Positions 25,936 to 33,077 of a stretch of 38,322 nt of DNA are shown one piece after another. How positions within the stretch are numbered: the first letter of the stretch is position 1; every line of letters starts with the position of its first letter. The stretch comes from a virus (taxonomy: Duplodnaviria > Caudoviricetes). A model generated the notes under the pieces. The model had not been told where the DNA came from. It saw only the letters and a list, made by a program, of their open reading frames with translations, and ran no database searches. The DNA is taken from positions 1 through 38,322 of IMG/VR virus record IMGVR_UViG_3300028588_000052. The stretch is one strand, 5' to 3'. The translations under genes were made by a program, and so were the position numbers.

Positions 25936-26615
25936 GCCTGCACCTCGATATCTGCAAAGTGATCTACGCGCTCAGCAAGCGGTTTGCCAGCAGCTGCGCG
26001 CTCGTATGCACTGATGGTGTCCACTGCATTCTGTTCGTAAGCCCGCAGAGCGGCCGTGATAGCAGTGTCCCACTTCTCGTCGCGGTAGACGCGCTTCACA
26101 AACAGCGGCCAGCCGCCGGCGTATGAGCAATAGTCCCACCACGAGCGATCGAAGACGAACATGCAGGTATGAACCTGAGCGAGATTGCCGGTCGGTACCT
26201 TGTTTTCCAGGAACGCGCGCAGTTGCGTCTTCGCGTTGCGGCTCTTGATCTCTAGTCCGCCGCTTTCGCCAACAAGTCCGTCCGGTGACGCGCCGAGCGT
26301 CAGCCCATCGATCTCTCGAGTGGCAAACCCAACCTCGTCGACCGGCGCGTGGTGCTCGGCATACATGTTTCGGGCCAGCGGCTCATCCAACGTTCCGCGT
26401 TGCATGTCGAACGATGGGTGCGTGTATTCGACGTGGCCGCTGATCCGTTCGGCGATGAGGGTCTGCATGACGCCACGGGAGGTGTCGTTGTCGGCGACTC
26501 GACCGGTTGGGGTGATGAGCTTGCCGATGGTTGAGGCGGTGAGGATGCCGCATCGCAGCTGCAACCACTGGTCGCTGCCCTGCTCGACGTCCATGTGGAT
26601 GGTGAGGTTGCTCAT
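25932..26615 (-). CDS. YqaJ/lambda-type exonuclease
   Basis: 'EQGS..W...R.G..TAS', 'M.RG...EP.AR..Y', 'GASPDGLVG..GGLEIKS' and 'Q....M.V..R.W.D..SY'. Confidence 0.92.
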   Translation of the reverse strand: MSNLTIHMDVEQGSDQWLQLRCGILTASTIGKLITPTGRVADNDTSRGVMQTLIAERISGHVEYTHPSFDMQRGTLDEPLARNMYAEHHAPVDEVGFATREIDGLTLGASPDGLVGESGGLEIKSRNAKTQLRAFLENKVPTGNLAQVHTCMFVFDRSWWDYCSYAGGWPLFVKRVYRDEKWDTAITAALRAYEQNAVDTISAYERAAAGKPLAERVDHFADIEVQA

Positions 26616-26719
26616 GACGCCGCCTGCAGGTGTTCGTCTTCGCAGTCTTCGGCGGCGCTGTATGACGTGTAGGGGGTGCCGCATCTGTCGCAGATGTATT
26701 CGTGGATTTCGGTTGGCAT
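26612..26719 (-). CDS. 35-aa Cys-rich mini-protein
   Basis: AGGAGG RBS; MPTEIHEYICDRCGTPYTSYSAAEDCEDEHLQAAS*; ATGA-coupled to the exonuclease. Confidence 0.7.
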   Translation of the reverse strand: MPTEIHEYICDRCGTPYTSYSAAEDCEDEHLQAAS

Positions 26720-26779
26720 GTGCTGCCTCCTGGGCATGCGTGTTTGGTGCGCTGGTGAGGCGCGGAGTGTGGGTGCGGG

Positions 26780-26911
26780 TCAGTCGCAGTCGTCGACCCA
26801 TTCGGCTGCCCGGGCGATGGCTTTCCCGTCGCGGTCGTCGTCGAGACCGTCGAGCGTCCAGCAGACCGAGCACCCGCAGAAGGGGCCGTGGGCTGGTCTC
26901 GCTGCTATCAC
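26780..26911 (-). CDS. Small protein with H...CxCxxC motif
   Basis: GTGA-coupled; MIAARPAHGPFCGCSVCW... Confidence 0.5.
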   Translation of the reverse strand: MIAARPAHGPFCGCSVCWTLDGLDDDRDGKAIARAAEWVDDCD

Positions 26912-27114
26912 TTGTCCACCTGACCCAGCCAAGGCATCGCTGCCATCAGCCCGCAGAAGATCAGTGCGGCGATACCCAGACCGATGTAGCCGAGAACGTC
27001 GGGAGCGGTGATGGCGAGTGCGTAGACGCCGCCGATGATGATGCTCAGCGCCGACATGATTACGACCACCCACGCGAAGTAGTGCCAGTACGGTCGGTAC
27101 TGCTTGCCGCTCAT
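26908..27114 (-). CDS. Small two-TM membrane protein
   Basis: 68 aa, two long hydrophobic helices, ATGA-coupled. Confidence 0.7.
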   Translation of the reverse strand: MSGKQYRPYWHYFAWVVVIMSALSIIIGGVYALAITAPDVLGYIGLGIAALIFCGLMAAMPWLGQVDK

Positions 27115-27314
27115 GACGTCGCTCCCGTCAGTTCGGCGTACAGCTCACGGGTGATGCAGCCGGCCCCGGTCGGTCCGGTGAACTCGATGACAGACGGCAG
27201 GACGCGTGCGATCGTGCACGAGTAGGACAGCCCGAGCACGGTAGGGATCTCCTTCACGTCACTCGGCAGCCACAGCTCCGGGTCGGCGACGGGCGTCAGG
27301 GTCGCGGCGCTCAT
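27111..27314 (-). CDS. Hypothetical protein
   Basis: ATG 27314 (MSAATLTPVADP...), coupled on both sides. Confidence 0.55.
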   Translation of the reverse strand: MSAATLTPVADPELWLPSDVKEIPTVLGLSYSCTIARVLPSVIEFTGPTGAGCITRELYAELTGATS

Positions 27315-27475
27315 CGTTCTTCCTTCCGTTCGTCGTGCCGAATGCAGATGACCGCCATCCCCCAGAGAGCGCATACGGCGGCGAGCAGTGTGGCTCCGTT
27401 GACTGCGGCGGGTAGGAGCAGTTGGGTGATGAACACTGCGGCGGCGACGGCAAGCAGGATCAGCAGGGCTCTCAT
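27311..27475 (-). CDS. Small membrane protein (54 aa)
   Basis: MRALLILLAVAAAVFITQLLLPAAVNGATLLAAVCALWGMAVICIRHDERKEER*; ATGA-coupled; read manually. Confidence 0.6.
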   Translation of the reverse strand: MRALLILLAVAAAVFITQLLLPAAVNGATLLAAVCALWGMAVICIRHDERKEER

Positions 27476-27630
27476 GACCAAACCTGCTTGCGGCCCTCAG
27501 CGACACGCGACCACAGGGGGTCGGTGTCTATGAAGAGCGGTGTCCATCCCTTTGCCGACTTTGTGTACAGATCGGCGTCGAAGAGCCAAGCGCGTGGCAC
27601 TCCGGTCCAACCGAGGACTGTTGCGGTCAT
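27472..27630 (-). CDS. Hypothetical protein (52 aa)
   Basis: GGAGG RBS, ATG 27630. Confidence 0.55.
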   Translation of the reverse strand: MTATVLGWTGVPRAWLFDADLYTKSAKGWTPLFIDTDPLWSRVAEGRKQVWS

Positions 27631-27734
27631 GCTGTTCCTCCAATTCCGAGTACGACGAATATGAGGGCACCGCAGACGAGGAGTCCGGCTACCCATGTGG
27701 CGGCGACTAATGCGACCGCGTCGATACGTTTCAT
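27627..27734 (-). CDS. Single-TM peptide (35 aa)
   Basis: MKRIDAVALVAATWVAGLLVCGALIFVVLGIGGTA*; ATGA overlaps at both ends; read manually. Confidence 0.55.
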   Translation of the reverse strand: MKRIDAVALVAATWVAGLLVCGALIFVVLGIGGTA

Positions 27735-27913
27735 GCGGTCACCTGCAGTCCGAGCAGCATCGGCACGAGGTCGGCGCAACCACGGCTGTCAGCGAGTGCG
27801 ACAACGGCTGCGATCTGCTCGTCGGTGGGGTCGAAGGTGAGTTCGTACGCTTCACCGGGGAACACTTTGCTGTACAGGTCACCGGCTGGTTGGTTCCGCC
27901 CGAACGCACCCAT
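27731..27913 (-). CDS. Hypothetical protein (60 aa)
   Basis: GGAGG RBS, TGATG coupling. Confidence 0.6.
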   Translation of the reverse strand: MGAFGRNQPAGDLYSKVFPGEAYELTFDPTDEQIAAVVALADSRGCADLVPMLLGLQVTA

Positions 27914-28221
27914 CAGGACACCTCCGTGAAACCGAACACGCCGACCGTTTTGCCGTAACTCGAGACAGTGGTGGCGATTTTCTGGATGCGTCGGTCACGT
28001 CGGCGAGCATCGGAGCACCTTTTGCGCACCGATTCGGCTGCACAGTTCGGCCAGGTCGGGTGCGCGTCCATGTGGTCCGTGTACCGGTTCACCATCGCCT
28101 CATCCGACGCGGGACCGAGCGTGTAGAGCCAACAAACGGCTTCGAGGACGATGCGTGCCTCAGCAGCATCGAACGCAGCAGACGACTCGACCGGGTCAGC
28201 GAATCTCGCGTGGGCGGACAT
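27913..28221 (-). CDS. Winged-helix-like DNA-binding protein
   Basis: 'AR..DP..S..A...VL..L...GP..DE.......SVRKR.S......S.YG....V' family; ATG 28221. Confidence 0.6.
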   Translation of the reverse strand: MSAHARFADPVESSAAFDAAEARIVLEAVCWLYTLGPASDEAMVNRYTDHMDAHPTWPNCAAESVRKRCSDARRRDRRIQKIATTVSSYGKTVGVFGFTEVS

Positions 28222-28544
28222 CAGGACACCAACTCGTACGTTGTGTCGAAGATGTCCGGCTTGCATGGGTAGAACTCGCCCTGCACGCCGCGGATGACCC
28301 AGTCGCCCAGGTTGACCCAGTGGCCACCCTCGAGCGTGGCGATGACCATGCGGCCGTCGCGCGGGTCGATCGTGATCCCAGATGCCGGCCAGGGCTTGCG
28401 CCCCTCGATGACGTCCATCGGCTCGAACGATCCGAGGGTGTTGCTCTCGACCCACTGGTAGATGTCCATGCTTTCGGCCGGGGTGGCATCCCACGCGAAG
28501 TGGCGGGCCTCGATCTCGACGGGCTTCTTGCGGAACTTCGGCAT
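28221..28544 (-). CDS. Widespread phage 'KKPVEIEA...TLEG...GDW.I.G..GEFYPCKPDIF..TY' family protein (possible Acb4-like nucleotide sponge)
   Basis: GAAGGAG RBS and hallmark motifs. The anti-CBASS function is from memory and unverified. Confidence 0.6.
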   Translation of the reverse strand: MPKFRKKPVEIEARHFAWDATPAESMDIYQWVESNTLGSFEPMDVIEGRKPWPASGITIDPRDGRMVIATLEGGHWVNLGDWVIRGVQGEFYPCKPDIFDTTYELVS

Positions 28545-28617
28545 GACTGTCTCCTTCGATTGCATGTGGATGTGGTTGAGCGGCCGGCGGAGGTTCGGGT
28601 CAACTCCGGCTACTCAG

Positions 28618-28667
28618 TGCCCCCGCCGCGACTCGAACGCGGACGATCCCGGGTACGACTCGGGGGC
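28618..28667 (-). ncRNA. tRNA top-half mini-helix (7-bp acceptor plus T arm, no D or anticodon arm)
   Basis: GCCCCCG-[18 nt]-CCGCG-TTCGAGT-CGCGG-CGGGGGC-A. Confidence 0.65.
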
Positions 28668-28673
28668 TGATGG

Positions 28674-29105
28674 TTAGGCGTGAATGACTCGCTTGATTGC
28701 AGCGAGGACGCGAGCGGTCGGCGCGTACCACTCGCCCTCAAGGCAGTCCTCGGAGAGATCGCAGTGCAGATCACGCTCAACGGCGAAGCCGCCAGGGCCA
28801 ACCGCTAGGACTTGGAGGCCGCCATGCGAGCCTGTCTGCAAAGTCTTCAAGCGCTTGTCGAAGTTGCGGGAGGCACCGATTTTTATGGGACCGTCCGAGC
28901 CCTGCTGAACCGCATACACGACAGCGGGGGTGGCTTTGCGAGCGAGATGACGCCTGACGGCCTGCTGCGACTCGAACTCTTGGAGCAAAATGCGCAGAAA
29001 GTCCGGCCGCTGCATCACTGAGCAGCGCCAGTCGTAATAGCCGGGAGCGCCTGCCCACTGATCGGTGAGATGGCGAACATTGGGGAGGAGATCGTTGGTA
29101 TCCAT
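28674..29105 (-). CDS. GIY-YIG nuclease family protein (T5orf172/MUG113-like)
   Basis: 'VYAVQ....GPIKIG.S.....RL..LQTG....L..L....G....E..LH........GEWY' motif; ATG 29105 has no SD. Confidence 0.85.
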   Translation of the reverse strand: MDTNDLLPNVRHLTDQWAGAPGYYDWRCSVMQRPDFLRILLQEFESQQAVRRHLARKATPAVVYAVQQGSDGPIKIGASRNFDKRLKTLQTGSHGGLQVLAVGPGGFAVERDLHCDLSEDCLEGEWYAPTARVLAAIKRVIHA

Positions 29106-29106
29106 G

Positions 29107-29137
29107 TGGCAGTAGCGGAGTCGAACCGCGTGCTGCC
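29107..29137 (-). ncRNA. tRNA-like T-loop mini-helix abutting the GIY-YIG start codon
   Basis: GGCAGCA-C-GCGG-TTCGACT-CCGC-TACTGCC-A, then C-ATG. Confidence 0.55.
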
Positions 29138-29424
29138 GCCTGCCGGCAGGGATATACCTGCCGGACGTACGCACCTGGCCGCGCCTTCCTAAGAGGCACA
29201 CCGTTTAGCCGCTCGTGAGGGACCCAGCCGTCGTGTGGACGGCCTGGGGTTGCATCCCGCGTATCTCGCAACCAAGTGCTTGTCTGTGTTCTCGAATTGC
29301 CCCGTACGTAAGGGCCTCGCCACCGATCAACACCGCCTGTGACGGGGGCTCCTGGTGGGTCGCGTACCGCGCTCCGAGCGCGACAAGTACCGCCCTGATT
29401 GGGCGGAAGAAGTTGAGCCAGCTG

Positions 29425-29634
29425 CTAAGCGGCTCTTTCGGACCGGAGGCGTGTGATCCACGCTTCGGCCTCGGTCGGTTCGATCAGGTACTTCGTCCCG
29501 TAGCTGATGGCTACGAGTCGATGTGCCTTGATCTCGTTGCGGATCGCCTGTGCGCTGAGTCCGGTGACTGTCGCTAGTTCCTTGACGGAGTAGAGAAGTT
29601 TCCCGGTGAGCTGTGGCATGTCCGTGGTTGTCAT
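29425..29634 (-). CDS. xis: Excisionase-like HTH_17 protein
   Basis: 'LLYSVKE.A...GLS...IR..I....L.A...G.KYLI......W'; ATGA-coupled to cro. Confidence 0.8.
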   Translation of the reverse strand: MTTTDMPQLTGKLLYSVKELATVTGLSAQAIRNEIKAHRLVAISYGTKYLIEPTEAEAWITRLRSERAA

Positions 29635-29852
29635 GCGGCACCTGCCATGAGTTCTGCGGGGTGGACAGAAAAAACGCCGCCGACGTGGGCGAGTTCGGGC
29701 CACGTGAAGTCGGACTCACCTTGGAGTCGTTCACGTAGCACGGACTCGCCGATGTCGGCGGCGTGCGCGAGAGTGCTGATGTCAACGCCGCGCTCGTGCA
29801 TCACCTGGGTGACGCGCTTTGCGACGGGGTTGGTGTTGGTTGCTCTCTCCAT
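29631..29852 (-). CDS. Cro-like XRE HTH regulator
   Basis: 73-aa HTH, divergent from the repressor; leaderless start after a SigA promoter. Confidence 0.8.
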   Translation of the reverse strand: MERATNTNPVAKRVTQVMHERGVDISTLAHAADIGESVLRERLQGESDFTWPELAHVGGVFSVHPAELMAGAA

Positions 29853-29858
29853 GTGGAC

Positions 29859-29886
29859 AGCATACTCCCCAAGCGAGGAGTGTCAA
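29859..29886 (-). promoter_or_regulatory. SigA-type early lytic promoter TTGACA-N16-TATGCT (leaderless cro mRNA)
   Basis: TTGACA at 29886-29881, TATGCT at 29864-29859, ATG 6 nt further on. Confidence 0.75.
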
Positions 29887-29943
29887 GCACGTATGTGCCC
29901 ATTCGCGACCGAAAGTTTCCGTATGGGCACTAGGCTGCTCCGA

Positions 29944-30321
29944 GTGGAGAAGTCTGTACTGAACGAAGCGCTTGCGGCGGAGATCCGCGCTGAGCGTGCA
30001 CGTAAGAAGGTCACCATCAAGGAGCTCGCCCTCGCGGCCGGCATGGTGGAGTCGACGCTGAACCGTGCACTCGCCGGCCAACGTGACATCAATGTCACGC
30101 AGATCGGTCTCATCGCACGCGCGCTCTCCATTGATCCGGCCGTCCTCATGTCGCGCGCCGTGGATGCGATCGGCGGGCTCGACGTCCTGGTGTCAGAGGT
30201 GCAGGGCAAGAATGTGACACCGCTCCGCGCGGTCGAGGACCTCACCCTGGAAGAACTCGACCGGGAGCAGTACGCCGCGAACCGTGACAAGGAAGCGGAC
30301 ACCGACGAGCAGTTCGACTAA
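29944..30321 (+). CDS. Immunity repressor (XRE HTH)
   Basis: 'LAAEIRAERARK.VT..ELA..AG...STL.R.L.GQRDI.V..I..IA.AL'. Start is GTG 29944 (7 nt after the -10 TAGGCT) or ATG 29923. Confidence 0.85.
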   Translation: MEKSVLNEALAAEIRAERARKKVTIKELALAAGMVESTLNRALAGQRDINVTQIGLIARALSIDPAVLMSRAVDAIGGLDVLVSEVQGKNVTPLRAVEDLTLEELDREQYAANRDKEADTDEQFD

Positions 30322-30338
30322 CCACCGGCTGGGGGACC

Positions 30339-30701
30339 ATGTACGACCCATACGAGCACGCTGAAGTGCTCGGCATCACCGTCATCCACCGGCCGATCAG
30401 GACCGAGAACGGGCGTTGGTATCCGCAGCACAACCTCATCGTCATCCGTGATGGGTTGCGGCGTGTGCATGACCGGTCTGCGCTCGCTCACGAGGTCGCA
30501 CACGCGGTTCTCGGACATGAGGACTCCCGCCCCAAACACGAAGTCCAGGCCGATCGGATGGCTGCTGCCAACCTGATCGACCTGGACCAGTGTGTTGAGT
30601 TGATGAAGTGGACGCCGGACTGTGCGCGGTTGGCACGAGAGCTGGAAGTGTCTACCCGGCTTGCTCGAGTGTTCCTGCTGACCCATCGCCTGGCCGGTTG
30701 A
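30339..30701 (+). CDS. immA: ImmA/IrrE family metallopeptidase (antirepressor)
   Basis: 'RSALAHEVAHAVLGH......E.QADR.AA..LI' HExxH motif directly after the repressor. Confidence 0.9.
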   Translation: MYDPYEHAEVLGITVIHRPIRTENGRWYPQHNLIVIRDGLRRVHDRSALAHEVAHAVLGHEDSRPKHEVQADRMAAANLIDLDQCVELMKWTPDCARLARELEVSTRLARVFLLTHRLAG

Positions 30702-31890
30702 ACAGCTCCCCCATCGCGGTCATCCCGAGCCGCATCCGGCCGATGTCGTTGCGCCGCTTGTAGGCGTTGGTCTGCATGCGGGATGCGTGGCCGGCGATCT
30801 GCACAATGATGTCGTCTGGTACGCCTGCGAGGGTGAGCAGGTCGATCGCTCCATGTCGGAGATCGTGCAAGCGGACGTTCCGATCAATGCCAGTCTGGTT
30901 GAGCAGGTCGCGCCAGTTGCGTGAGTGGTCGTTGGGGTCGATGGGTCGGCCCTGGTTGGTGAACACGAGTCCGTTGTCGCCTGGTGGGTACAGCGCCATG
31001 TGTCGTTCGAGCACGGACGCGAGCGGGTCGACGAGCGGGATGATGCGCCAGCCGTTCTTCGACTTCGGGCGGGTGAGGAACAGCCCGCCCTTGACGTGCC
31101 GGTACTCGTAGTCGGCGGGTGCGTCAATGCGCCGGTCTGGGCATTCGGCTCCGCGGCGGTTGAGGCAGCGTCCGTCGCATCCGTGCTGCCAGGTGAAGCG
31201 TTGTAGCTGCCAAGAGATGTCGAGCACGTCGGTTACTCGGTCGGCTTCGAGGCCGATGATCTCGCCTCGTCGTGCGCCGGTCAGCAAGGTAGTTGCCCAG
31301 AGTGCAAACTGCGGGCCGCCATCGTCGCGGACGTGCGCGTACACGTCGAGGGTTTCCTGCAGGTCGAGGACGTCGAGGTCCGGCACACCTTTCCTCGGTG
31401 CGGCCATCATTTTGGCCGGGTTCTGTCCGATGCGCCCTTCACGGACAGCCCACTCAAGCGATGCGGACATGATGCGGTGCGCGAGGTTCGCGGTGTCGGG
31501 TGACTGGCCGGCGCGAAGCATGGCGTCGCTGACTCGGCGGATGATCGTTGCGGACAGCCCGGAGAGCCGTGTGGTGCCGATGGTCGGGATGACCCACTTG
31601 TAGGTGATCTGCCGGTACCGTTCCGCCGTTTTCGGGCGGACTTCACGGACGGCGATCTGCTCGTACCAGTAGGTGAACCACTGTTCGACGGTCATGTTCG
31701 CGGTGGGGATGTCGCCGCGCTTGCGGAGTTCGGCGCGTGCCTCGTCGAGCTTGGCGAGGACGGTGCCCTTGTCCTTGTTGCGGATGACCCTGCGGCGGCG
31801 TTTGCCGTCGAGTGGTGGGAGTTCGACGGCGACGGTCCAGTAGCCGCGTCCGTCTTTGTAGACGGACGATTCGCCCTTGCCTCGCGTCAT
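30652..31890 (-). CDS. int: Tyrosine integrase
   Basis: N-terminal arm-binding 'RG.GE.SVY....G.W'; catalytic 'TGARRGE', 'PKS', 'RLHDLRH' and 'GH......Y'. Confidence 0.95.
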   Translation of the reverse strand: MTRGKGESSVYKDGRGYWTVAVELPPLDGKRRRRVIRNKDKGTVLAKLDEARAELRKRGDIPTANMTVEQWFTYWYEQIAVREVRPKTAERYRQITYKWVIPTIGTTRLSGLSATIIRRVSDAMLRAGQSPDTANLAHRIMSASLEWAVREGRIGQNPAKMMAAPRKGVPDLDVLDLQETLDVYAHVRDDGGPQFALWATTLLTGARRGEIIGLEADRVTDVLDISWQLQRFTWQHGCDGRCLNRRGAECPDRRIDAPADYEYRHVKGGLFLTRPKSKNGWRIIPLVDPLASVLERHMALYPPGDNGLVFTNQGRPIDPNDHSRNWRDLLNQTGIDRNVRLHDLRHGAIDLLTLAGVPDDIIVQIAGHASRMQTNAYKRRNDIGRMRLGMTAMGELFNRPGDGSAGTLEQAG

Positions 31891-32249
31891 CAGCGTCCCA
31901 TCTTCATGCCAGGCAAATCCCGCCAGGGGTCGTACATGTTGATCAGCACAGTGTCGGGCGCGTACCGCTCACACATCCCAACCAGCCACTCGCGGCCGAC
32001 AGGATTTGCAGTGTGGAAGCGCACTTCGGCGGGCCACACATCGTGTTCGATCATCCAGATGAGTACTGGCCTGCTCGTGTCGTCGGTGAATCCGGAGCCG
32101 TTGGGGAGCGCGCCGAGGTCGTGGTCGAAGGAGACGACATCGATGTCTGCCTGATGCGACTCGAGCAGGTGAACCGCTTGTCGGCTAGACAGTGCGCTGT
32201 GCGTGAACTCCTGAGGGATTGGTCGCTCGTCGTCGATCCAGAGCTTCAT
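31890..32249 (-). CDS. Cyclic-phosphate-processing receiver-domain protein (cREC-type)
   Basis: 'KLWIDDER..P', 'SFDHDLG' and 'HTANPVG' hallmarks; TGATG-coupled to int. Confidence 0.8.
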   Translation of the reverse strand: MKLWIDDERPIPQEFTHSALSSRQAVHLLESHQADIDVVSFDHDLGALPNGSGFTDDTSRPVLIWMIEHDVWPAEVRFHTANPVGREWLVGMCERYAPDTVLINMYDPWRDLPGMKMGR

Positions 32250-32426
32250 CGTGCGTCTCCCCTACGTGGTGCTGGTGTCTTTGCCGTTGGCGGGGACGTC
32301 GTTGTCCCCTGCTGCTCTTCTGTCGTGCTGTCGGTGGTCACGCATAGCGTGATCGTGCTCCTTCTCGTGGTGATGTCACGGTGGGGTGGAGGGTCGGTGC
32401 TCTGCCAAGCGCCGGCCCTCGTTCGT

Positions 32427-32750
32427 TCAATTGGCCGACGTCATCCGCTCGTCGGCGATGATGACTGCGGCGGCGATGCGCTTGATGAACGTCGGCACGG
32501 AGCGCTCAGGCATCGTGCCGTACTGACGCAACCCCTCGTCGATCGCGTCGAGGAGGTCGGGGTTGCCCGCGGTACCGACGATCAGGACCGCGTCCCAGCT
32601 GTACAGGTCGGCCGCGACCTCGTTGCCGTTCGATTCGTTGACCCGGTTGCTTCCGTTCGAGGTGTGAAGTGACCATGGCAGATCAGATGCATCCGCCTTC
32701 CACCTCGCCAGAACGTCGCGGGCCTGCTGGATGGTGCTGCTGTCGGTCAT
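32427..32750 (-). CDS. Hypothetical protein
   Basis: AGGAG RBS, ATG 32750, 107 aa. Confidence 0.6.
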   Translation of the reverse strand: MTDSSTIQQARDVLARWKADASDLPWSLHTSNGSNRVNESNGNEVAADLYSWDAVLIVGTAGNPDLLDAIDEGLRQYGTMPERSVPTFIKRIAAAVIIADERMTSAN

Positions 32751-32884
32751 CTTCTTCTCCTGTCGTACTGCAAGTTCTGGTGCCAATCTTGTAGCCATAC
32801 CTATCGGCACACCGTGTTGTCGGTGGGCTGTATGGTCAACATATACCCCCGATGGGGCACATGCAACTCCATATGGAGAGATTA

Positions 32885-32936
32885 CACCGTACTTGTAATA
32901 CGGGGGTTGCGGGTTCAAGTCCCGCTGCCGGCCCCA
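32885..32936 (+). mobile_element. attP core: 3' portion of a host tRNA-Thr(UGU)
   Basis: CCGTA-CTTGTAA-TACGG-GGGTT-GCGGG-TTCAAGT-CCCGC-TGCCGGC-C-CCA with no 5' acceptor strand or D arm upstream; intergenic, near int. Confidence 0.85.
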
Positions 32937-32950
32937 GATCAGGGGTTTCC

Positions 32951-32972
32951 GTGTAGCCGAAGGTGTAGCCGA
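32951..32972 (+). repeat. Tandem GTGTAGCCGA repeats, likely integrase arm-type sites
   Basis: Exact 10-mers at 32951 and 32963; related TGTAGCCA at 32790 on the other side of the core. Confidence 0.65.
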
Positions 32973-33077
32973 CGCTCAAAGTACCCCACAACGAGGGGCG
33001 CGTGTGAACGTCCGCCTGGCGTCTGACACTCGATGTGGGCGTGTGAATGTCGGTCGACCTGCGTCATACTCAGTTTC

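Noticed and set aside
29280-29298. TTCGAGAACACAGAC as an actinobacterial boxA-like antitermination site
   Set aside because: Only a loose resemblance; too weak to call on its own.
32246-32426. Short ORFs and the palindrome TCACGCATAGCGTGA between the cREC gene and the upstream hypothetical gene
   Set aside because: The peptides are short and low in information, with ambiguous starts; there is no independent support.
32885-32936. A functional phage tRNA-Thr
   Set aside because: The 5' acceptor strand and D arm are absent; it is better explained as the attP core.
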